A stretch of DNA of 32,000 nucleotides from Crocosphaera subtropica ATCC 51142 (GTDB lineage: Bacteria; Cyanobacteriota; Cyanobacteriia; Cyanobacteriales; Microcystaceae): the NCBI RefSeq assembly GCF_000017845.1, contig NC_010546.1, positions 3,150,001 through 3,182,000 of the forward strand, in the 5' to 3' direction. The first letter of the stretch is position 1, and every line of letters begins with the position of its first letter. Positions 9,355 through 19,800 of this stretch are shown piece after piece. Under the pieces are notes generated by a model, which was given only the letters and a program-made list of their open reading frames with translations, searched no databases and had not been told where the DNA came from. The position numbers and the translations under genes are program-made.

Positions 9355-12300
9355 TCAATCCAAAAGTTCGCTGTCATTTTCTTCTTCTCCTAACATTTTT
9401 ACTAACAAATCATCGATTTCTGCTTCGGATAATTCTTCCAAATTATTGATTTCTAGCATTTCCTCACGATCACACTGTTCAATGCGATCGCCGACTCCTT
9501 CAACGGCTTTATTTTCTTGAATTAATACCTCTAACTCTGCAATAGTTGGCGTTTCAAAGAGTTTTTGAATGGGTAATTCAACTTGGAAGGTTTGACGAAT
9601 TTTAGAAATGACTTGAGTTACTAATAAGGAGTTTCCCCCTAAATCAAAGAAGTTGTCATAAATTCCGACTTCTTCTATTTCTAAATATTTTTGCCAAATA
9701 GTTGCTAATTTTTCTTGTATTTTGGTTTGGGGCGGAACAAATTCGGTTAATACTGTTGTGTTTAAAATCTTAGGTTTAGGTAAGGCGTTACGGTCAATTT
9801 TTCCATTAGCAGTTAAGGGTAAAGTTTTCAAAATAGTGTAACTTTTTGGAATCATATAATCGGGTAGTTTTTGTTGTAAATATTGCTGTAATTTATCAGT
9901 AATAGATTCCATTTTCGTCTCAACTTTAGGCTGTGACCATTGTTTTGTCCAAGCTAAATCAATTTTTCCACCAACAAAACTGTGGAGTAAAATTTGACTC
10001 TCTTCCAACGCTAATAAATTTCGTAATGGTTCAAAGTCTAACGCACCAATGGGACATAACCCTAATTCTTGATCAGGTGCTGTTTCCATCAATAACTGAC
10101 TGATATATCCTGCTTCTAGTAAACACAAATCTCTTGCTTTTTCGCCGTATAAAGGTTGAATTGCATCTAACTCTCCCATTAAAAATAGGGAAAAGGCTGA
10201 TCCTTCATAAATCACCTGATTATTGCCATAAACTTCAGCATTAAATTCTATTTGAGAATTCAACAAAACTAAAGAATTTTCAAGGGGATGATAATAATAA
10301 AACCCTCCTTCTAATCCTGTTACTGTTTCCGATTTAATCAATAAATAAACCTGTACAGGATAGAGACTACCAGCCGATCCATAACGATATTTTGGTAAAG
10401 GAGAATCTTTTAATTGTATGGGACTTAAACTGCTTAAAAATTGTCCTAATTGTTGTAAAGAAATTGGTTCATTTAAAAACTGTCGATAACTTTGTCGCCG
10501 TAAATAAATCCCTTCATTAACATCAGTTTTCGGTAAAGAAATACGAGTTTGATAACTATTTAAACCCTTGACTCCAGGCTGCTTCAGCTTAAATTCCATC
10601 CTTTTGATAGGATCACGAATAACCCCTTCTTGTTCCTTAGGATCATAAGCATCAGGAACCCCAGAGGATTGATTTGGAACTATATAAGCTGCTAATTGCT
10701 GGTTTTCCCGTGAATTTCCCACTGCAGTTACCACTGCTTCTTTTATGGCAGGATGTTGCTCTAAAGCCGTTTCTATCTCCCCTAATTCTATGCGATAACC
10801 CCGAATTTTAACCTGATAGTCTTCTCGTCCTAAAAATTCGATATTACCATCGGGCAAATAACGACCTAAATCACCCGTTTTGTATAGCCTTTCTTGGGTT
10901 TGAGGATGAATAATAAAACTAGCATCAGTTTTCTCTTTATTTTGCCAATAACCTTCTGCTAATCCCTTGCCACCAATATACAACTGTCCCGTCACCCACA
11001 ACGGACAAGGGGTTAAAGACTCATGGAAAACGTAAAAATGCTGATTCGCCAACGGACGACCATAGGGAATACTCTTCCAACTGGGATCAACCCTGTCAAT
11101 AGGATAGAAAATTGACCAGATCGACGCTTCTGTTGCCCCTCCTAAACTGATCACCTGAGAAGCAGGAAAACGAGAACGGATGCGATCGCTTAAATTCAAG
11201 GGCAACCAATCCCCACTTAATAATACTACTCTTAAATCCTCGTTACTGGCCTCTGTTTCTAACAACATCTGCATCAAGGCAGGAACCGAGTTCCAAATCG
11301 TAATATTATGTTGACTCAATAACTCGTCCCAGTGGGAAGGATCTTGACGGCGATCGTGTTCTGGCATGACCAATGTTCCCCCTGCTGCCAGTATGCCAAA
11401 GATGTCATACACAGAAAGGTCAAAATTCAATGTAGAAAGGGCAATAACCTGATCTTTCGCTGAAATATCAAATTTTTGGTTAATATCGAGGATTGTATTA
11501 ACTGCCCCTTGATGGGCGATCGCCACTCCTTTAGGGACACCTGTGGAACCAGAGGTATAAATAACATAGGCCAGATCGTCAGGTTGCTGTATTGAGTCGA
11601 ATAGATCAAGTGTATTATTCGGTTCTAAGGTATCGATATCAATGCGTTCCAGGCTATCTTGAATTTCTACATCTAGCCAAGATTGGGTTAAAACCTGATT
11701 AACTTTAGTTTCTTCTAAGAGATAATAGCGACGTTCTAGCGGTAATTCGGGATCAATGGGAACATAAGCCCCACCAGCCGTTAAAATGCCCAAAGCCGCT
11801 ACAATTTGCTCCCATCCCTTTTCCATCATTACTGCCACTAACTGGTTAGATTGTACCCCTAATGTTCGTAGATGATGCGCTAAAGTTAAAATGCGATCGC
11901 TTAATTGTTGATAGGTTAAAGTTAATTGAGGGGCAATAACAGCGATTTTCTCAGGATTTTTGCTAACTTGCTCGAAAAATAGTTCATGAAGTAAACAATT
12001 TTCCTGTTTAAACGCTGTTTCAGTGTTATTAATCCCTGTAATTATCTTAATCTGTTCTGGGGGTAATAACTCAGGGGTTGGGGTTTCCCAAAGAGTTTCA
12101 TCCTTAGCCAATCTTTCCAATAAACCATGATACGCCCTAAACATATCATCCAGTAACCCCACAGGAAACAACTCCTCAATAGCATCCCAGTTAAATATTA
12201 ATTCCCCATCTATTTCTGACACCTGATGATCTAAGTAAACTTGAGACGTTTGACTGACACTGTAAACAACTTCTGCTTCCCACGTCCGAGAAGATGAAGG

Positions 12301-15300
12301 CTGCTGAGAAGTTTGTGTTAAGGTACTGGTAAACACCACAGGCATCAACGCTTCCCCTTTACCCCCTCGCAGACGAGATAACTCTCGTAAGACTTTCACC
12401 CCACTAACATGACGATGATCTAAATCTTCCCACAGTTGCCCTTGAATACGTCTTGCCCTGGTACTAAAAGCATCTTGTTCCTTATTATTCACTGTTAGAA
12501 GTAATGAAGAGGTAAAATCTCCAATCAGATGATTAATCTCAGGATGAATGGGTAAACGATTAAATAAAGTTAAATTTAAGGTAAATTCAGGGCTTTTACT
12601 CCAAGTGGTCAAAACTTCCGCAAAGGCTGCTAATAATAAACCCGACGGCGTGATACCCAACTGAGACGCTTTATCTTTTAATTTTTGCCAGTCATCAGTC
12701 TTTAGTTTGCCACTGCGACGCACAAAATGAGGTTGACTCACTGCCCCCAAACGCTTAGTTAAAGGGAGTTCAGGGGAAGGGGGTAACGTTGCTAAACGGT
12801 TTTGCCAATAAGACAGAGAACGCTGATAACCCTCCGAGTCTCGCCAAGCCTTTTCAGCTATTACATAATCTCGAAACGAAATACTTAAAGGCCATAAAGA
12901 AGTAACAGAATTCTGCAATATTTGAGCGAATTCCTGTCCTAAAATCTGAAAACTCCAAGCATCTCCAATCAATACCTCAAAACTTGCCATAAATCTCACT
13001 CTTTCCCCTGGTAAGAGAACCCCCTGAATCTCAAATAAGGGAAAGCGATCCGTGGGAAACATTTGATGAGAAAGGCGATCGCGCAATTTTTCTAACTCAG
13101 TCGCAACAGTTTCCTTACTCTCCTCTCGTAAGTCTAGGGTTTTAATCTTGTAGGGTGGCACTTCAGGCAAAACCCTTTGTTGTCCCTCTTCATCCACAAC
13201 CACTCGCAACATATCATGACGTTGGATCAACATTTGAAATGCCTCTTCAACCTGTTGAACCGTCAACCCGACTGTTTCAATCTCTCGATAACCATGAGTG
13301 GCCACATTACCCAACTCAAAGGCGGCACTGCGTCCAATGAGATAAGCTTGTTGAATGTCTGTTAAAGGAAAAGGCTCATCCCGTTCATGCGGTTTCGCCA
13401 CTAGGGTCGGTAAATTGGCTGATTCTAGCTTAATTTCCTTTTTTTCTGAAATTTTCGCCTCTAAACCTGCCACTGTTGGCTGTTCAAACAAACTGCGTAA
13501 GGGAACCTTCACCCCCAACCTTTCACTAATTTCTGCAATAACATTGATTCCTAAAAGAGAATGACCGCCCAACTCAAAAAAGTTATCATGAATACCAATT
13601 TTGTCAACTTTTAAAGCATTTTGCCAAATTTCCGCAATAGTTCTTTCAGTTTCCGTCTGAGGTTCTACATAGTCATTGTCTAAGCTACGTCCCAACGTCT
13701 CAGGCATAGGTAGAGACTTGCGATCTAACTTTCCATTCGGCAAACGAGGTAAGGCAGGTAACTCAATAAAGGTTGTGGGGATAGCATATTGCGGTAACTT
13801 TCCTACCAAAAAGTGGCGTAAGTTTTTGGGAGAGGCAGGCGATCCCCCCTTAGTAAGGGGGGGTAGGGGGGGATCAGTAACAAGATAAGCAACTAAACGT
13901 TGATTATTAGACTCCTTCTGCCAAACCATCACAGCATTTTCAACCATCCCTGGATGTTCACTCAATGCTGCTTCAATTTCTCCTAGTTCCAGGCGATAAC
14001 CCCGTACTTTAACCTGATTATCCCGTCTTCCCAAAAATTCTAAATTCCCCTGACCATCATACCGTACCAGATCCCCCGTTTTATACAATCTTACTCCCTG
14101 CTCCCTGCTCCTTTGTCCCTGCTTCTTCCCAACAAAAGGGTTCGGCATAAATCGTTGCGCCGTTAAAGGCGATCGCCCTAAATAACCCCGTGCGATTCCT
14201 GCCCCACTAAGATACAATTCTCCTGTAACCCCTTGAGGCACTAAGTTCAAGTAACGATCTAAAATGTATGTTTGAGTGTTACTAATGCCTTTCCCTATCG
14301 TTACCACACCCTCAGCATTACTTTTCACAGGGGTATAAGTCGAATAGGTCGTATCTTCCGAAGGGCCGTAAAGATTAAAAATAGATTGAATATGGCTCAA
14401 TTTCTCCAATTCCTCTACCAAACGATGGGAAAGAGCTTCCCCCGCTAAATTAATCCCTTTTACTGATATAGGAATCCCCTTGATCCGTAATAATTGAGCG
14501 ATCGCACTGGGAACCGTATTAATTAAAGTAATTTCTTCTCTGGCTGCTAAATTGGGCAAATCTAAGATATTTTCTGCTAAAATTACCTGATATCCCCAAC
14601 ATAAAGGCACAAATAACTCAAAAACCGATAAATCAAAACAAATAGACGTAGAAGCCAACACCCCTTGTAACAGTTCAGGGGAAAAAGTCTTTCTCGCCCA
14701 GTCTAATAATGCAACCGTGTTACGATGGGCAATGGCTACCCCTTTGGGACGACCTGTCGATCCAGAAGTATAGATAACATAGGCTAAATTGTCGGGATGC
14801 AAATTATTTGGGGGATTTTCTTTACTTTCTTGTGCAATTTTTGCACAATCTTTTTCTAAATCAATCCCATCACGTCCCAATAAGACTGATATCTGGGAAT
14901 CTTTGATAATAAAATCGATACGATCTTGAGGATAAGCAGGATCAAGGGGAATATAAGCCCCACCCGCCTTAAGAACCGCCAATAAGCCAATCACCATTTG
15001 GGGCGATCGCTCAACACAGATCCCTACTTTAACCTCTGGCCTGACCCCTAATTTTTGCAAATAATGGGCTAATTGATTCGCTTTTGTATTTAGCTCTTGA
15101 TAAGTTAATATTTCCTTTCCAAACCTTAACGCAACAGCGTCAGGAGTCCGTTTAACTTGTTCCTCGAATAACTGAGGAATGTTTGCAGTGTTTGGATAAT
15201 CTTGTGTTGTTGATGTACCCATCATCAGCAGTGTTTCTTGTTCTACTGTTGATAATAAAGGTAGCTCAGACAGTCTTTGTTTAGGGTTGGCCACAATGCC

Positions 15301-16752
15301 TTCTAAAAGCACTTGAAAATGTTCTGCCATCCGTGCAATAGTAGCCTCTTCAAATAAATCCGTACTGTATTCAATTTGCCCATTAATCCCCTCATTGGTA
15401 TCTTGAAGATTAAGGCGTAATTCATACTTAACCGTTTCTTGCTCCCCTGACAACCGTTCCAAACTTAGATCCGATAGTTCCAAAGGCTTCACCGTAGCCA
15501 GTTGAAAGTCAAATTTTACCTGAAATAAAGGCATTATCTGACTGAGATGGCGATCAGGGTTCAATACTTCTACTAACTTCTCAAAAGGCAAATCTTGATG
15601 AGCATAAGCTCCCAGTGTCACTTCTCTTACCCGTTGCAACACCGTCTGAAACGTAGGATTTCCTGATAAATCAGTGCGTAATACTAAAGTATTCACCAAA
15701 AGACCGATTAACCCTTCCATTTCACGGCGATCGCGGTTCGCTATTTCCGTTCCGATCACAATATCATCTTGCTCAGTATAGCGACAGAGCAGCACTTTAA
15801 AGGCACTCAGCAGCAACGTAAACAGCGTCACCCGTTCCTTCGCACTGAGAGCTTTGAGGGCATTACTCAGGGCAGGAGAAAGGGCAATGGGATAAGGTTT
15901 GCCTTTATATGAAGGAACCAGAGGACGTGATCGCTTGGTGGGAAGGTCTAAAATAGGTAAATCTTGGCCCAGTTTTTGCTGCCAATAATTAATCTGTTTT
16001 TCTAACACCTCCCCTTGTAACCATTGACGCTGCCAAATTGACCAGTCACCATATTGAATCGGTAATGAGGGTAAATAGAAAGCCTTTTCCGTGTCTTTTC
16101 CCCTCTTTCCAAGGGGGGGTAGGGGGGGATCGCCTCCTGCCTCCTTCAAAAACCCATTATAAAGCGTGGTCATTTCCCGTAAGAAAATACCAATTGACCA
16201 GCGATCGCAGACAATATGATGGGTGGCAATTAATAAAATATGCTCTGTTTCAGACCGTTTGAGTAAGATTAAGCGTAATAAAGATTCACTCAGATTAAAA
16301 GGACGCAAGGACTCTGTTCTCACAATACGCTGAATTTCTGTTTCTGCATCAGCAATGCCTTGTAAATCAACCATAGGCAACGAAAACGGCTCAAACGCCT
16401 TAACCACTTGAATCGGTTGGCGATCGCTATCGGTGGTAAAGGTTGTCCTTAGCATTTCGTGGCGTTTCACGATCTCGTTGAGAGTTCGCTCTAATATCTC
16501 AACTTCTAGCTTTCCCCTGAGACGAAAGGCACTGGGAACATTATAGGAATTATTCTCAGGTTCTAACTGTTGAATAAACCAGAGTCGCTGTTGAGCAAAA
16601 GAAAGGGGAATAACGGCTGATGACTGCCGTTTGCCAATCATTTGAGTCTGAAAAGAGGGATGCTTAATATTTTTTTCTTTCAGTCGCTTTTCCAATAGAG
16701 CGCGTTGTTCTGGAGAAAGATTTGCAATTAGTTGGGAAAGGTCTTGATTCAT
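9355..16752 (-). CDS. non-ribosomal peptide synthetase: C-A(Cys-like)-T-Cy-A(Cys-like, with embedded Ox domain)-T
   Basis: 2465-aa ORF with ATG start. Motifs: C '[11 protein letters not shown]'/'HHIVCDRWS'; A '[16 protein letters not shown]'; T '[10 protein letters not shown]'; Cy '[14 protein letters not shown]'; A '[16 protein letters not shown]'; nitroreductase-like insert '[14 protein letters not shown]' between A8 and A9; T '[10 protein letters not shown]'. Acidic C-terminal tail. Confidence 0.97.
   Translation of the reverse strand: [2465 protein letters not shown]
9520..9745 (-). other. T (PCP) domain
   Basis: '[16 protein letters not shown]'. Confidence 0.85.
9780..12010 (-). other. 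A domain, hand-read code DLYNLSLIWK (Cys), interrupted by an Ox domain
   Basis: '[10 protein letters not shown]', '[10 protein letters not shown]', 'LLSGDWL', '[13 protein letters not shown]'. A8 '[12 protein letters not shown]' lies at about 10770-10800, A9 'LPDYMIP' at about 9849-9869, and A10 'NGKIDR' at about 9783-9810. Confidence 0.8.
9960..10625 (-). other. FMN-dependent oxidase (Ox, nitroreductase-like) domain embedded between A8 and A9
   Basis: About 220 aa inserted between 'AAYIVPNQ' and 'LPDYMIP'. Contains 'RRQSYRQF', '[17 protein letters not shown]', 'GFYYYHP', '[11 protein letters not shown]', 'LGLCPIG'. Same placement as the embedded oxidase domains of thiazole-forming NRPSs such as EpoB. 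Confidence 0.8.
12070..13390 (-). other. heterocyclization (Cy) domain
   Basis: '[16 protein letters not shown]', '[13 protein letters not shown]'. The active-site region reads '[10 protein letters not shown]' in place of the usual DxxxxD. Confidence 0.85.
13450..13672 (-). other. T (PCP) domain
   Basis: '[16 protein letters not shown]'. Confidence 0.85.
13828..13875. repeat. G-run/GATC mini-element, full palindromic form, in frame between A8 and A9
   Basis: 'gggagaggcaggcgatccccccttagtaagggggggtagggggggatc' encodes [16 protein letters not shown]. The termini GATCCCCCC...GGGGGGATC are inverted repeats. Confidence 0.8.
14094..14130. repeat. CTCCCTG heptamer array, in frame in an A domain (A6-A7 loop)
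   Basis: 'ctccctgctccctgctcctttgtccctgcttcttccc' encodes [12 protein letters not shown]. Confidence 0.8.
15290..16615 (-). other. C domain (LCL-type), preceded by an N-terminal docking-like helix
   Basis: '[13 protein letters not shown]', 'HHIVCDRWS'. N-terminus '[16 protein letters not shown]'. Confidence 0.85.
16101..16144. repeat. G-run/GATC mini-element plus TCCTGCC heptamers, in frame in a C domain
   Basis: 'ccctctttccaagggggggtagggggggatcgcctcctgcctcc' encodes [16 protein letters not shown]. Confidence 0.8.
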
Positions 16753-16796
16753 ATGTGAGAAATGTATAGAAAGTAAATGATAAATAATCGTTTAAG

Positions 16797-16827
16797 TTCT
16801 CGGCTAAAATCTTCTCGGCCAAAAATC
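16797..16827. repeat. tandem 15/16-bp direct repeat in the PKS-NRPS intergenic spacer
   Basis: 'ttctcggctaaaatc' followed by 'ttctcggccaaaaatc', 45-75 nt upstream of the NRPS start at 16752. Confidence 0.6.
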
Positions 16828-16896
16828 CTGGTTAAGCCCTTGCATTATTATGAACCTACCGATGGAAGATTGCAACAATAAGTATAGAAGACTATA

Positions 16897-19800
16897 TTAT
16901 TCCTCGTTCAATTGAGCTTTAATCTCTTCAGAAGAAAGGCTTTGAATTTCAGCCAATACCTCACTTAATGCTTCTAAATCCTCAGTTTCTTCTTTATTTT
17001 GCTCAATAATAGCTGTAATACCAGCAATGGTTGGGGCTTCATACAGCAGACTCCCCATCGATAACTCCACTTGAAACGTCTCTTTAAGGCGAGAAAGGGC
17101 TTGAATGGCTAAGAGAGAATGCCCTCCTAGGTCAAAAAAGTTGTCATTGACTCCAATGGGTTGAATACCAAGAATTTCTTGCCAAATATTGGCGATCGCA
17201 TTTTCAATCTCATTGCGTGGGGCAACATATTCATTGGCTAAATTAGGTCTTTGGTGTTGAGCAGCGTTTTGATTAACCTCTGTGGACGTTTCTTCTGTTG
17301 TTTTAGGGGATAATTTAACTTGAGTGCTTCCCTTGAGTCGGGCGTGAAGATCCCCTTTAGAAACAATGATTTGAGAGGACAAACCAGAGGCTAAAATACG
17401 TTCTATGACGGCTGTAACTTCTTGGGGAGTTAGGGCAAAGGGAATTAAACTGCTTCCTAACCCCATAGCCTTCTGTTTATCTTCTTCTGATAGACAAGCA
17501 TCCCAGTTGACACTGATCCAAGGAGTTTGACTGATTTGATTTTGCTGATGGACAAAGGCATCTAGAAAACGATTAGCTGCACTATAGGCCCCTAACCCTA
17601 ATCCCCCTAACACCGCAGACAAGGATGATTGTACTAATACAAAATCGAGCTTTTTATCCTGCAAACTGACGGCCAAAGGATAAAGTCCTTGAGCTTTGGT
17701 TTGAAAATTATACTCACCGTGAGAGCGTTCTAAGAGTTGAATGGGAGCAGCAGAGAGAGGGCTACTCATAGGGGTGGCGTAGAATACTCCATGAAGCTTA
17801 TCAACTTGCCCCATAATCTCGTTTAAGTTGGTTTCGGGACTAAAAACTAAACAGGTTGCGCCTTTGGCTTCTAAGGCTTGAATTTGATGAATTTGCTGAA
17901 AAATGGTTTCTTGTGTTTCTTTATTTGTTAAAATTTTATCCCATTCTTCCCGTTTCGGTAATTTTTCCTGACTCACTAAGAGAATGGTTGTGTCTCCTGT
18001 TGCGGCTACTTGTTGAGCAAATATTCCCCCCAAACTGCTGACTAACTCTCCTAAAATCAGGTAATTTCCGCCTTTTCGCAGTTGAATTTTTTTTGTTTTC
18101 GGTTCTTTCAAGGACATCCGTTTAAAGGTTTGATGCCAACGATAAGCACCTCGATAAGCCACAATTAACTCTTTTTGAGGATCAAGAAATTCAGTTAAAA
18201 GGCGATCTCCTGCCTCCTGCCCCCTGATTGCTTCAATATCAATATTACGACAAGAAACTTGAGGATATTCTTGATTAATCACCTGACATAATCCCACAAC
18301 GGGCATTTTTTCAGGGATTAATTCTTCCTGTCCTACCACATCATACAATCCTTGAGTGACCACAAAAACTTCTTGGCACAAGGGGATAAGGGTTTGTCCT
18401 AACCACAATAAGCTATAAAATCCTTGTTCTTGATAGGCTGTCAATTCTTTGTTTTCTGTTTCAATGTTCCATAAATGAACAATAAAATTAGGTATTAACT
18501 GTCTTAACTTTAAATCTTCTGCTAAAGCTTGATAATCTTCCCGTTTATTAGGATTAATAGTAAAACAACGGTAGTCTGGTTCTGCAAACTCCTGTCCTGG
18601 AGTTACCGTCAACACCTCTTGCCCTGCTTTGGTTAAGCTATCAGTAATATTGGCTCCGATCCCTTGAGAATCGAGGAAAATCAACCAACACGCTCGGGTT
18701 TCCCTTAAAGATTCCCAATCAATGTCTAAAGAGGCTATATCTCGCTCCCAGGAAGGCACATAAAACCAATCTTCCAGGTCTTGATAAATGGCGATCGCCT
18801 CTTCTTTGGGGTCTTCAAATTGAGCCTCGATCCAGTACCGCTTACGTTCAAAGGGATAAGTGGGTAACGGCACACGGTAACGGCGTTCATCGCCATAAAA
18901 CCCAGACCAGTTAATTTCAACCCCTGCTTGCCAAAGTTTGCCTAAAGTGTTGAGAATGAAAGCAATATCAGACTGTTCCTCTTTCGGATGACGCAAAGAA
19001 GTTAAAATCACCTGCTCACTATTCAACCCAAGCTGTTGCTGTGTCAGGGTACTTAAGGTTTTGCCCGGCCCAACTTCTAAGAAAATGCGTTGCGGTTCTT
19101 TAGCTAATTCAGCAATACCCTCTGCAAAGCGAACAGTTCGCCGTAGATGGTTTACCCAATAAAGAGGATCAGTAGCTTCTGTATCCTTAATCCAGGTTCC
19201 CGAAACATTAGAGATAAAGGGGATTTGGGGATAATGTAAAGAAATGCGGCTAATTTCCCCCTCAAATTCCTTTAAAATGGGTTCCATTATCGCTGAATGG
19301 AAAGCGTGGGAAGTATGAAGAGGACGACAAGCAATATTTTGACTTTCTAGATCCTTTTGTAATTGTGCGATCGCAGTTTCTGTTCCTGAAACCACACATA
19401 ACTGAGGGGCATTTACGACAGCCAAACTGAGATCCTCCCCCAAATAGGGTTGAATCTCTGCTTCTCCCAAGGCAACGGATAACATTTTCCCAGAATCGCA
19501 CTTCTGCATTAACTTACCACGAACAGCGACGATTTTTAGGGCATTTTCTAACGAAAACACCTTAGCTAAAGTTGCTGCCACATATTCCCCAATACTATGA
19601 CCCATCATCACATCAGGTTCAATGCCCCAACTCATCCACAGTTTCGCTAAGGCATATTCAATGATAAATAAAGCAGGTTGAGCATAGATTGTTGAGCGTA
19701 GATTATAAGAATTTTCTAGTGTTGCCTGTTGACTTCCCCCCTTAGTATTAGTAAGGGGAGGCAGGGGGAGATCGCCTACTCCCTGCTCTTCAAAAATAAT

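Larger units (their letters stand above)
13700..15230 (-). other. A domain, hand-read code DLFNNALTYK (Cys-like)
   Basis: '[10 protein letters not shown]', '[10 protein letters not shown]', 'INLAGEAL', '[14 protein letters not shown]', 'NGKLDR'. Confidence 0.7.

Noticed and set aside
9338-9355. Hairpin atctct-tgct-agagat overlapping the stop of the 9355..16752 gene as a terminator
   Set aside because: It has only a 6-bp stem and no following U-tract on the transcribed strand, so it is too weak to call.
11427-16262. Small ORFs 11427..11609, 13155..13340, 13177..13365, 13355..13564, 13676..13888 and 16038..16262 nested in the 9355..16752 NRPS
   Set aside because: These are shadow ORFs in alternative frames or on the opposite strand of a motif-rich NRPS. 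Two of them are open only because they read through the stop-free G-run elements. That is informative about the elements but is not evidence of genes.
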